From the IMG/VR virus record IMGVR_UViG_3300021478_000216, positions 14,995 through 78,994 of that record: DNA of 64,000 nt; one strand, given 5' to 3'. Shown one piece after another: positions 36,691 to 45,660 of the stretch. The notes beneath the pieces are model-generated. The model made no database searches. It was not told the origin of the DNA and was given only the letters and a program-made list of their open reading frames with translations. A program made the translations under genes and the position numbers. The first letter of the stretch is position 1. The number at the start of each line of letters is the position of its first letter. The DNA comes from a virus.

Positions 36691-36921
36691 TTAAGATAAA
36701 CGTCGACCTGATGGGACTTGCTGACCGATGCCTTCGAGACCTTCTCGCAGCTCCTGAATACTGAAGCTAGGCAGCTTGATCTCGCCTTCGGGTTGAAGAT
36801 TGTGCCTAGTAGCTGGTTTAGTCTCTGGAGCAGACTTTGACTTGATGGTCAAGGTCTGGCTCGTGTAGTCGTAGATGACGATGATTGTGTCGAACTCCAT
36901 TGTCTTAACGGACATCGTCAT
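36691..36921 (-). CDS. Hypothetical protein
   Basis: GGAGG RBS. Confidence 0.55.
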   Translation of the reverse strand: MTMSVKTMEFDTIIVIYDYTSQTLTIKSKSAPETKPATRHNLQPEGEIKLPSFSIQELREGLEGIGQQVPSGRRLS

Positions 36922-37151
36922 GCTGCACCTCCGAGTGATACCTTCGCCAGTGCTGCCGGTAAGCCTTGCATGTTCGGAATCTCGTGCCGGTTGCCCATCC
37001 AGCGTGGACGATGCCGCAGGCTAGAAACGAAATTGAGCCCCAGTCGCTTTTTCTCCTCTCACCCCAAGGGCAGTAGAAGAACGTGCCACCTCGGATCGGA
37101 GCTGGAGGCTCTGGAGAAGACGGAACTAGCCTGTTATGATGAACAGCCATG

Positions 37152-37469
37152 TTAAGGCTGACCGTTCTGGGTAGCCTGCTTACCTTCTTGCGTCTGACAG
37201 AAGGCATCCCATTCAGGGATGCGCGTGATCGCGCCTGCGGCTTCGCGCGTCGTCGTGGCGAAGCCTACACCGTTGATACAGATCTCGACGATGTTCGGAT
37301 GGCCGTCGACGTTGAGGTAGAGCCCAACGTAGTTCGGATATGACGGTGATACGTTCTGCAGGTCATCGGCGACAGGGTTTCCGCTGGCGCAGCCGGCGAT
37401 GATTGCTGCCGCTGCGATGCCAGTACTGGCGACGCCAGCCCAGGTCAGGTCGCGCTTGTTAAGTTTCAT
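37152..37469 (-). CDS. Putative lipoprotein
   Basis: Basic N-terminus, hydrophobic core, lipobox-like IIAG-C. Confidence 0.65.
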   Translation of the reverse strand: MKLNKRDLTWAGVASTGIAAAAIIAGCASGNPVADDLQNVSPSYPNYVGLYLNVDGHPNIVEICINGVGFATTTREAAGAITRIPEWDAFCQTQEGKQATQNGQP

Positions 37470-37489
37470 GTTCCATTTCTCCTGATTAG

Positions 37490-38287
37490 TTACTTAAGTA
37501 CAGGCTTTCTGAGCACGATTGCCATCTTGTCTTCGGCGATGACTTGCCACCCGAGCTCTTTCGGATCGATAGCGTAGTTGCCGAGAATGATGTATGCGCC
37601 TGGGTGCATGCGATTGAGAACTGTTTTTTCCAAGTGTCTCGCCAGCTCGAGATGGACGAACGGACGGTTGAGCCATATCACGTCGGCGAGAATGTAGGGG
37701 ACCTTGACTTCACGAGCGTCTGCTACGAACGCACCGCCCTTGCAGCCCTTAGACTGCAATAGCTCGTTCGCGTCTCTCACGTATTCGGGGTTATAATCGA
37801 TACCTCCTGCATCGAGGCCGAATACCTTCTCGGCTATGACTAGCTTAGTGCCTGGACCGCATCCGACTTCGAGAAATTTGAGCCTTCGAGGTGCGAGAAC
37901 GTCGTTGCACTTATCGATCGGATCGATATCCGTAACAACAGCGTCGAGCAGCTTGCCGAACGTGCTAATCGGGTAGGGCTTGAACATCCACGATGAACCG
38001 TCGATAGTGTTGTCGGTCGTGACGGCTTCCATTGCCAGCATCTCGTTGATCAGATTACGATGTTCGGCACTCTTGCACCAGCTGAGATCGAAGCCTGCAG
38101 CGTCTACGATACCTTCAGAACTGCCTATGTCTGCTTGGAGTCCTGGACCTAGCTCCTCGAATAGAACTTCGAACAGAGCGTTCGGGATAAACGCCCAGCA
38201 GCCGTCGATCGAGATCTTGGTGAAGTCCGCTTCTTCTTCGGTGCCCGGTTCCGTCTCGACTAGAACTGACCTAGTTCGATAGAGCAT
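37490..38287 (-). CDS. Class I SAM-dependent methyltransferase
   Basis: FLEVGCGPG motif I, GIDYN, VADA, DVIWLNRPF, HPGAYII. Confidence 0.8.
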   Translation of the reverse strand: MLYRTRSVLVETEPGTEEEADFTKISIDGCWAFIPNALFEVLFEELGPGLQADIGSSEGIVDAAGFDLSWCKSAEHRNLINEMLAMEAVTTDNTIDGSSWMFKPYPISTFGKLLDAVVTDIDPIDKCNDVLAPRRLKFLEVGCGPGTKLVIAEKVFGLDAGGIDYNPEYVRDANELLQSKGCKGGAFVADAREVKVPYILADVIWLNRPFVHLELARHLEKTVLNRMHPGAYIILGNYAIDPKELGWQVIAEDKMAIVLRKPVLK

Positions 38288-38289
38288 TG

Positions 38290-38730
38290 TTACTCCTGTT
38301 CTATGATGCGGCAGATACTGTATCCCTGCCGTCGGAAGATCTCGTTTTGTACTGCTCTGTAGAGAGGACGTTCTTCCATCCAGATAAGCGCATGTTTGTC
38401 AGTTACCTGATTGATCTCTGACTCCATAGCATCCTGTGCCATCTCGCCACCGAGTCCTGCTGCGAAGTGAAACATAGACTGAAGTACAGCTGACTGGTAC
38501 CTAAAGGCATGCTTTAGCAGAAAAGCTTTCAGGTTAACGAGATGGTCGTCTTCTATGTCGACGATGCGAAGGATTTCTCGATCACCTGACTGCCAGACTT
38601 CACCCTGCTCGAGTAGCTCGTCTACATGGTAGTGTCGTTCTGGCATCTCCGTAGGCTCTCTAGTCATTGCTTCGACAAAGTTTTTCATGATCTGATCGAA
38701 GACCTGACTCGGTGTACCTTCGTAGATCAT
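38290..38730 (-). CDS. Hypothetical protein
   Basis: 146 aa; ATGA overlap with upstream gene. Confidence 0.6.
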   Translation of the reverse strand: MIYEGTPSQVFDQIMKNFVEAMTREPTEMPERHYHVDELLEQGEVWQSGDREILRIVDIEDDHLVNLKAFLLKHAFRYQSAVLQSMFHFAAGLGGEMAQDAMESEINQVTDKHALIWMEERPLYRAVQNEIFRRQGYSICRIIEQE

Positions 38731-38960
38731 GGATCTAGATATCGAGCTGCGAACCGCTCAATAGTCATACCGCCCTGCCGAGTATCGTCAGTTACGATAA
38801 CCGTTAGATCCCGGTACTCTTTCGGGTCGTCGGTCTCGGGTGCGTCCTTGCCCCAGAATGCCGAAGCTAGAGCCTTCATGAAAGCTGCTGCCGTAGGACT
38901 TGACTCGCTGACAGGGACGTAATGAACGCCGTCGATGATGACTTTGTCAGGTTTGCTCAT
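38727..38960 (-). CDS. Hypothetical protein
   Basis: 77 aa, tight packing. Confidence 0.55.
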   Translation of the reverse strand: MSKPDKVIIDGVHYVPVSESSPTAAAFMKALASAFWGKDAPETDDPKEYRDLTVIVTDDTRQGGMTIERFAARYLDP

Positions 38961-39136
38961 TAGTATCCTGGTTCCTTACGACGTTCAGCTTTCTCCATAG
39001 GCACGTTCTCTTCTTCAGTAAACGCTGCGGTAGCATGCTCGATAGCCTTCATTAGACGTTCGCCTGCTGCGCGGAGTTCTTCAGCGTACTCTTCGTGGGC
39101 CTGACGTAGTGCTCTTCTGTATTCGGGTAGATTCAC
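38960..39136 (-). CDS. 58-aa helical hypothetical protein (not in ORF track)
   Basis: MNLPEYRRALRQAHEEYAEEL..., fills gap with 1-nt overlap. Confidence 0.45.
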   Translation of the reverse strand: MNLPEYRRALRQAHEEYAEELRAAGERLMKAIEHATAAFTEEENVPMEKAERRKEPGY

Positions 39137-39328
39137 TGCTACATCACTTCCTATGTTCCATCAGGACGCTTTGTACTCCGATCATCGGGACTAGAAGAAT
39201 ATCTTCGTCTATATCGAGCCTCCACTGGACTGCTTCCGTTATTAGGTGGTCTGCTTCGATCACGTTGATATGTCCGTCATTGTACTTAATCGTTACCTTG
39301 AGTCGTTTCATAGGACTTATATTGGTAC

Positions 39329-39877
39329 TCATTCCCCTTGAAACCATCCCTTCTGGACACCGAGATTCATCATCATGGCTGGTGTAACGAAGTGCTCGCT
39401 GCCGACTGTGCCAGGGAACATTGCCGCTTGTGCTACAGCGTCGCAGTGCTCGACCAGAGCGCTACAGTCCCACCACTTGTCGCTGTTAAATAGAGATGTG
39501 AGATCCTTGGTTAGAGAAGCCTTGAAGAGAGCTAGCATCAGAGCAGGATAGACCGCGAGGTCGTATCCTCCGCCGACTAGGTTCATGGCTGTCTTAGCTG
39601 CAACGGTACGTTGAGCTACTGTCAGCGGCTGTCCTGTAGCCCAGATGACGTTTTCTCGAGGAGCTGCGTCGTATTTAACCTTCGGCCAGCGAGCTTCAAC
39701 AGTCATGCCACCGCCTACGTACATTACAGCGTGACCTGCCCAGCTCTGTGTAGCCATACGGATGACGCTAGCGAAAGGTCCGCTGCCGTGAGCTACGCCC
39801 CAGGTTCCCGCCAGTGGAGGGTAAGGAACGTTGCTGAACTGGAAGCCTTCTGGCGGTCCCTGGTAGTTACGAGTCAT
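39329..39877 (-). CDS. Permuted papain-like NlpC/P60 (YaeF/YiiX-like) hydrolase
   Basis: His motif WAGHAVMYVG precedes YD and WDCSALV Cys motif. Confidence 0.7.
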   Translation of the reverse strand: MTRNYQGPPEGFQFSNVPYPPLAGTWGVAHGSGPFASVIRMATQSWAGHAVMYVGGGMTVEARWPKVKYDAAPRENVIWATGQPLTVAQRTVAAKTAMNLVGGGYDLAVYPALMLALFKASLTKDLTSLFNSDKWWDCSALVEHCDAVAQAAMFPGTVGSEHFVTPAMMMNLGVQKGWFQGE

Positions 39878-40164
39878 TACTAGGGGGTATCCTTTCCTGA
39901 TTGATCATGTTCTTGTCGGTGCGGTGCTGACAAGTGCAGTTCGTGTCTATGCATGACTGATGCAGTGAGATAGCTTCTGACTCCGGATCAGGATGCTCTT
40001 CACTCGGATCCAGCTTGAAGACTTCGCCGGCTCGTCTGCAGGGGTGACAGATCATCATTACTCCTAGTGATGTAGTTCCTGAGCAATGTACGATAGCCAG
40101 AGGATGATAATGAGTAGTTCGCCGATTATGACTCCGAGTAGTAGCATGAGTGCTCCGAACTTAC

Positions 40165-40473
40165 TCATGCGAACAGCCTGAGTCGTATATTATCGCCCAA
40201 GTCGATATCGTGCATTGAATCCGTGCGTGCGGTAGAGTCGTTCATAAGTCTGTCAGCTACTTCATGAGCTGCCTGAATCTTAAAACCTGCACGGACTAGA
40301 CGTGACATTAGATTAGCCTTCTCGAAGGTTCGGGTCGGCCACTCTATAGGCGTTCCGGACCCTGCATCCTTGTGCCTTTCGAATGGTTTTAGCCATCCCA
40401 TTCGATACCAGTAGTCCATTTGGCGATTCGTAATTCGTGCACGACTGCACAGTTCCTTAGATGTATAGGACAT
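40165..40473 (-). CDS. MerR-like HTH DNA-binding protein
   Basis: Probable start MSYTSKELCSRARITNRQMDYWYRMGWLKP...GSG. Confidence 0.7.
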   Translation of the reverse strand: MSYTSKELCSRARITNRQMDYWYRMGWLKPFERHKDAGSGTPIEWPTRTFEKANLMSRLVRAGFKIQAAHEVADRLMNDSTARTDSMHDIDLGDNIRLRLFA

Positions 40474-41261
40474 CAGTGTGCTCTCTGGTCGCCCCAGGCT
40501 AGGATATGTAGACGTGACGAGACATTGTAGCCTGCTCGAATTCCACGATCTGCTACGAACGTCATCTTGTCCTGTAGAGCCTGCGGAGTCGTGCCTTCCG
40601 GCATTACCCATATACGCCACGGAGGGATCTTGCACAGAGCTGCGATCTGGCTGATCTCGGAGAAGTCTCCAGGGTTCTTGACCACGAACTTGAAGAACGC
40701 CTTGTTCGAGCCAGCAAAGAAATTCAGGACGTCTAGGTTTCGCCTCACCCTGAGGCTGTTGCCACTAGTAGCCAGCTTAGGCGAGACGGCATATCCACCC
40801 ACAGCTTCGTGTAGAAACGGGCTAGGTCTACGAATACCTGCCGTTTCTATATTCGTCTCGATACCTGCCTCTAGTAGAGTATTGACTAGTAGTCCTACAG
40901 GGTCTCCGAGAGACTCTTCAACTGTCGTCTCAGGTCTCTGCATAGACACAGGAACCTGAGCTAGTGGTTCACCACCTGATAGGACTACGAGGCTAGCCCC
41001 TGTAGCACAGAAGATAGCCTGACTAGCGACGTCGCCTACGCTCATTTCGTGGACTTCTTCGGTGTAGTCGTATACCTTGCGGCTCTGGTGGTGCGCAGCG
41101 ATAGGGTCTGAGAAGGCCCATGTATAGGGTGTATCGCACCATGTACAGCGCAGCGGGCAGATTGCTAGTCGAACGAAAGCACAGCGTCGGCCCGTCGCAG
41201 GGCCTTCACCCTGGATCGTGGGCCCGAACACTTCATTTACCAGTAGCGTCTTGCTTGGCAT
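40473..41261 (-). CDS. queE: 7-carboxy-7-deazaguanine synthase (radical SAM)
   Basis: EVFGPTIQGEG, CPLRCTWCDT, LSGGEP, ETAG, SPKL, RLH. Confidence 0.95.
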   Translation of the reverse strand: MPSKTLLVNEVFGPTIQGEGPATGRRCAFVRLAICPLRCTWCDTPYTWAFSDPIAAHHQSRKVYDYTEEVHEMSVGDVASQAIFCATGASLVVLSGGEPLAQVPVSMQRPETTVEESLGDPVGLLVNTLLEAGIETNIETAGIRRPSPFLHEAVGGYAVSPKLATSGNSLRVRRNLDVLNFFAGSNKAFFKFVVKNPGDFSEISQIAALCKIPPWRIWVMPEGTTPQALQDKMTFVADRGIRAGYNVSSRLHILAWGDQRAH

Positions 41262-41529
41262 TCAGGATCTCCCTGACTTGTTCTTCAGGTAGTTGGAATA
41301 TCTTGGCTAGTTCTGACACGGTCCAGAAGTTCGAGTTAGACCTGTGCAAGGTAACTATCTCCTCGCACCATTCAGGATTGATGATCGGTTCGGCACTTCC
41401 GCATCCTGCGATAAAGGCTTGCCGCACCATATCGTATAGTTGCCCAACGGTAGAAGTTACTACAGACTGCTTATCAGGTTTGCCGAACACTTCGAGCCAG
41501 TATTCTTGGAACTTGTCTTCAGGCGACAT
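41233..41529 (-). CDS. Hypothetical protein with C-terminal HTH-like segment
   Basis: WTVSELAKIFQLPEEQVREIL. Confidence 0.5.
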   Translation of the reverse strand: MSPEDKFQEYWLEVFGKPDKQSVVTSTVGQLYDMVRQAFIAGCGSAEPIINPEWCEEIVTLHRSNSNFWTVSELAKIFQLPEEQVREILNAKQDATGK

Positions 41530-41752
41530 CTTCGCCTCCGATGTCCCAGCCTGCGCGGACTATTTCGGACTCTGGAATAGGCTCGATCTTCTGCCGCTTC
41601 TTTAGGTCTACCAGAGATTCCATTCTAGGTGTCTTGCTAAGGCCCCTACGTCTGAGACGATCGATGTATTTCGAAATGCCACGGTCCGGATGCTTGCAGT
41701 TGTATTTACGACTCACGACCGCTCCCGAACATTATTATTCTTTCCTTACTTA

Positions 41753-41782
41753 ATTATATCACGAGATCTAACAGAAATGCCA
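41753..41782 (-). promoter_or_regulatory. Promoter, TGGCAT-N18-TATAAT
   Basis: Promoter family member. Confidence 0.65.
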
Positions 41783-41813
41783 GAGGCTCCAGCAAGATCT
41801 TTTTGAGATACCG

Positions 41814-42233
41814 TTACTTGCCTTCATGACCTCCCTGGTATCTCTTGAGAGCTTCCGTGAAAGGATTAGGAGTCGCTATGCCGCCGTTGGAAGGAGCCTG
41901 TCGCTGCGTCGTCTTCTGACGCATTACGTCACAGGCTGTCGTGACGTGCGACCGAATAGCCTTATCGGACGGGTAGAAGTCTCCCGCAGGACCTTCAGCA
42001 GTTACCTGACCGATGATCTGAATCTGAACGTCTGCAGGTCCGCCATCCAGAAGCGCCGCGCCTCCAGGCAGAGAGGCTCTAGCGACGATAACTATGGCGT
42101 AGGCTGCAGTGAGCTTCCCGTTGACATCCCAGTTGCCGAAGACGACATCGAACCCTAGGACGTTGAGGCCTGTGCTACTTAGAGGAAGGGCTTCCTCGAC
42201 GACGGTGTAGATACGGTCCTGTAGGTCTTCCAT
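41814..42233 (-). CDS. Hypothetical protein
   Basis: 139 aa, directly after helicase. Confidence 0.6.
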   Translation of the reverse strand: MEDLQDRIYTVVEEALPLSSTGLNVLGFDVVFGNWDVNGKLTAAYAIVIVARASLPGGAALLDGGPADVQIQIIGQVTAEGPAGDFYPSDKAIRSHVTTACDVMRQKTTQRQAPSNGGIATPNPFTEALKRYQGGHEGK

Positions 42234-42235
42234 CG

Positions 42236-43726
42236 TTATCTGTCATCTCCTAGAATCTGGCGAAGATCTCGCCACTTACGGATATTTGTTGCTCTAACCT
42301 TTGCGTCTACAGTTTTCGGAGCATAAAAGTCGACGATTTGAACCGAGCTCTTCTGACCTTCACGGTGTAGACGATCTTCGGCTTGCTTGTTCCTGAAAGG
42401 TCCCCAGGCTCTATCAAAGAACACCATTGTGCTAGACGCTCGCTGTAGGCCATCGACACCTTCTCCTCCGGCCTTGATCGTGCCAAGAAAGAAGTCTAGC
42501 TTGCCTGCACTAAAGTTGTCTATGATTTGCTGACGAACTTTATCAGGAGTTCCGCCTGTGTAGACACCTACGCGAGCTCCGGCTGCGTCAAGCCTTGCTG
42601 CAGTCAGGTCTATCATGCCTCTGCTCTGACTGAATACAACAACTGGACTACTAACGTCAGAAGCCCAGTCTATGAAAGCATCTAGTTTGGCTGAAGGTTC
42701 TCGTAGTGCAACCTTCTTGATCGGCTTGCTGAAGCGATCAACCTTGCCAGTATCGCTGAACATTAGGGACGCTAGGGCAGCTTGCTGCAGACGTACGAGC
42801 TGTGCAAAGACGAACATACGGTTGATCCGTAGCTCTTCGTCTTCGTGCTCACCGATCCAAGCTATGAACTCACGCTTCAGCTGGTCGTATACCTTCTGCT
42901 GTCCGGCATACAAAGTAACGTGAACAGGACTGAAGACCTTCTCAGGTAGGTCGAGAACGTCTTCTTTCAGCCGACGCATATAGAACGGAGCGATAAGCGC
43001 ATGAAACTCAGCGAGACGGTCTTGACGCATGCCTGTGACACGCTTATGTATCTGGTGAATTTCGTTGCCATCATCATCGATCCCAAGGAATCGGCCTTCA
43101 AACTCTTCAGTCTCGCACCAGTCCTTGACGAACAGCTTGGTAGGATCCTTTGTCGAGACGTTCGGAAACAGATCAGGACGAGCCCAGTGTAGAGGGCTCC
43201 AGAAGTCCTGAGGGCGATCGTCTGCCATGGACCCAGATAGTCCTGTTCTGTACTGCGTTCTAAGACGCTTGAACGCTTTAGTCTGCAAAGCTTTCGGACT
43301 CTTGATACGATGGATTTCATCGGCAATGATGTGAAACCAGACGATGCGTTGAAGAGGTGCCATATCCTTGATACGCAGAGCCTCGTAGTGGACTATATAA
43401 TACTTAGCACGACCTAGTTGTACAGCTCGTAGGAATCTGTCTCGGTGCTTACGATCTATGACTACGATATCAGAAGCTGGTACGTTTAGGAGCTCTGCTA
43501 TCTTCCTGCGCCACATTTCATGTATGCTCCACGGAGCTATAATGAGCGTTCTCATTTTTGATCCTACATGCGCGCTGCGTAGCCGTTGTTCTATCGCGAT
43601 AGCTTCATGCGTCTTGCCGCAGCCCATCTCATCTGCTATCAACCGTGCAGAAATATCAGGGCTACCTAGTTTGTCAACCAGCTCTTGCTGAAACGGAAAC
43701 AGCTGCACTAAGACGTCATCTCCCAT
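42236..43726 (-). CDS. SNF2-family helicase
   Basis: ADEMGCGKT, DEIH, LSGS, MRRLK, GGEGVD, QAEDRLHREGQ; probable start MGDDVLVQLFPFQ. Confidence 0.9.
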   Translation of the reverse strand: MGDDVLVQLFPFQQELVDKLGSPDISARLIADEMGCGKTHEAIAIEQRLRSAHVGSKMRTLIIAPWSIHEMWRRKIAELLNVPASDIVVIDRKHRDRFLRAVQLGRAKYYIVHYEALRIKDMAPLQRIVWFHIIADEIHRIKSPKALQTKAFKRLRTQYRTGLSGSMADDRPQDFWSPLHWARPDLFPNVSTKDPTKLFVKDWCETEEFEGRFLGIDDDGNEIHQIHKRVTGMRQDRLAEFHALIAPFYMRRLKEDVLDLPEKVFSPVHVTLYAGQQKVYDQLKREFIAWIGEHEDEELRINRMFVFAQLVRLQQAALASLMFSDTGKVDRFSKPIKKVALREPSAKLDAFIDWASDVSSPVVVFSQSRGMIDLTAARLDAAGARVGVYTGGTPDKVRQQIIDNFSAGKLDFFLGTIKAGGEGVDGLQRASSTMVFFDRAWGPFRNKQAEDRLHREGQKSSVQIVDFYAPKTVDAKVRATNIRKWRDLRQILGDDR

Positions 43727-43845
43727 GGCTCTCCCCTTCCTTCGCCGGAGTGCTTTAGCATGTAACCGAGGAAGATAACGAATACTAGGAGGACTAGAAC
43801 ACAGGCTCCGCAGATGGCTATAAAGAGCCAGAAGTACCAGGGCAT
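43708..43845 (-). CDS. Single-TM micro-protein
   Basis: MPWYFWLFIAICGACVLVLLVFVIFLGYML. Confidence 0.5.
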   Translation of the reverse strand: MPWYFWLFIAICGACVLVLLVFVIFLGYMLKHSGEGRGEPWEMTS

Positions 43846-44213
43846 CAAGCGCCTCCCAAGGTTTCGACTTTGACAAGCTGTCGGCGTCGTTGCGCTTCTA
43901 CCGTGGTCTCGACACCTAGGAACCCATAGGCGTCCTTTTCTTCCTTGGTCAGTAGGTTGGCCCAATCAAACAAGGCCTCTTCGCAGACATGACGCCACAA
44001 CGAGGGGTTCGCGCTGCAGTGTGCACACACTATAGACTCGTTGAGGTGCATGAAGACTTTAAGGTTCTCTACGTGTACCTCTTCGAGTGGAACTGTAATT
44101 GTTACAGGTCCGGTGCTAGTGAAGGGAGCCTTTGAGGTTTGGTGACTATACCGGAACCCTCTAGGAGAGAGCGGCGATATCTCGAAGAAAGGCTCTGGAA
44201 AGCACTCACCCAT
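43845..44213 (-). CDS. Hypothetical protein (CxxC)
   Basis: 122 aa, tight packing. Confidence 0.5.
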   Translation of the reverse strand: MGECFPEPFFEISPLSPRGFRYSHQTSKAPFTSTGPVTITVPLEEVHVENLKVFMHLNESIVCAHCSANPSLWRHVCEEALFDWANLLTKEEKDAYGFLGVETTVEAQRRRQLVKVETLGGA

Positions 44214-44365
44214 TAGACGTCGTCATCCATTTCAGGATGATCGCACAGAGCTTCGACCAGATCGTGTAGCCAGTTATGCATTGCTAACACCTCCCGATTA
44301 TTTCGTATTTAGTATTTGGATTACTGGCCTATAGTTGAAAAGAACCTGGCTGTTTACTGAATTGC

Positions 44366-44746
44366 TTATACGGCTTCTTCTAGGAGTTCTTCCAGGCGCG
44401 CTTCGAGTATTTCAACGCGAGACTCCAAATCCGTGATACGTTCCTGTTGCGCCATCCATCGCTGACCACCCTGAGCAAAGGCTGCACGCGTCGGAGGCTT
44501 AATGACTAGCCACTCGCTGGGGATCCCGCGGCCTCCACGGATCTTCTGCTGTATGCAACCCATGGTTCGAAGTCTGCGCATAACCGGAGTGTAAATGCTG
44601 ATCGAATAACCGCACTGCTCAAGAAGGTAGGTCGTGTAGCCACGATAGATAGCAACTCCGTCAACTCGACTCTGAGCGGCTTCGTTCATGGCGTCGTAGA
44701 CCTTGCAGCACTGCTCGTACAGACGAGCGTCAACAGCTGTAGGCAT
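44366..44746 (-). CDS. Putative winged-helix DNA-binding protein
   Basis: YTPVMRRLRTMGCIQQKIRGG..SEW plus coiled-coil tail; GAGGAG RBS. Confidence 0.6.
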   Translation of the reverse strand: MPTAVDARLYEQCCKVYDAMNEAAQSRVDGVAIYRGYTTYLLEQCGYSISIYTPVMRRLRTMGCIQQKIRGGRGIPSEWLVIKPPTRAAFAQGGQRWMAQQERITDLESRVEILEARLEELLEEAV

Positions 44747-44759
44747 TACCGCTCCTCTC

Positions 44760-45660
44760 TTACGTCACACTGCTCAGGTATTCTGTGAGGTACATTAAGC
44801 CTGCACATCCAGCAACCTTCGGTTGGCCTGGGAGCACCTCCCTCTGCACCGCCACGCATGAACAGGATCAGCAGAGCAGGACCGGCTTGCCTTTTCGCGA
44901 TCGACCATCCATAGGAGGTGCTCCCAGGGTTATGACCGGGCTGCCAGCTGTCCACATTACGCATCTGGCAGCCCGGTGATTGAGTCGCCGGCTCGATACT
45001 AGCGCACGTGAAGGCGTGCTCTCGACTTCGGACCTTACTCAAGGGTCCTCGAGGTTGAGTATTCCTGCCGGCTACGATTGTAGATCCCGGGAGGGCTGAG
45101 CCGCTCTTGGTCTCGTCAGGGGGAAGACGGACGCACGCCGCCGGGCCGGCGCAATGCCTAGGTTGGACCTGACCTTCGTATCCTCTTGTGTGTGCCCCAT
45201 TTACGGATAGTCGACCTAGGAAGGCTCTGCAGCAGAGTCGTACTGCAGAGCCTCGAGCCGAAACCTGGATTCGAACCAGTGCGTTGCGATCCGAGCGCAA
45301 ACTCGGTGCTGACGTCCGACTACGTCGTCTCGGCACGACGAAGGGGACACCAGAGGTGTGGTTCAGCATAGAACGGATGTTCAAATTCATCCCACCGCTC
45401 AGCCTGCGCTTCACCTGCGTTGTCCCCTCCGTCTTTCGTCCGACTTTCGGTTCCTTTAGTCTCAAGGCATCTTGGGTTGTCCCTTGAGCCTTGGAACCTA
45501 GTAGCTGGACGCTTGGGTCCTGCTCGGGCGTGTGGTCGTCATCTGGGAGCTCCCAGACGGATCGTTGCCACTTCCCCGAGCAGGACGTTTAGTCCTGTTC
45601 GGTCGTGTCGAGCTCGCAGGTTGATCAATCCTACCCGCCGCATCCTACCGAACAGGACGT
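44760..45660 (-). ncRNA. Array of about 11 consecutive structured RNA modules
   Basis: Back-to-back closing stems (several perfect 11-15 bp) with short linkers; G-U pairs resolve on the minus strand. Confidence 0.65.
45257..45334 (-). ncRNA. tRNA-like element (non-canonical)
   Basis: Acceptor GCCGAGA/TTTCGGC, T-arm CTGG-TTCGAAT-CCAG, D-like arm GACGT/ACGTC, anticodon-like arm CCGAG/CTCGG with atypical loop; no CCA. Confidence 0.55.

Noticed and set aside
44880-44905. c-di-GMP-I riboswitch-like AAGGCAAGCC
   Set aside because: Only a short motif resembles it; the P2/P3 architecture is not recognisable
45095-45125. Hammerhead ribozyme (CTGACGAG on minus strand)
   Set aside because: The required downstream GAAA core is absent
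44746-45465. 239-aa ORF across the structured region
   Set aside because: TTG start without a clear RBS, Arg/Ser/Gly-rich composition typical of shadow ORFs, no motifs; the dense stems explain the region better (not formally excluded)
44760-45660. CRISPR or mini-CRISPR array
   Set aside because: No identical direct repeats with regular spacers; the Cas4-like gene is an ordinary phage exonuclease
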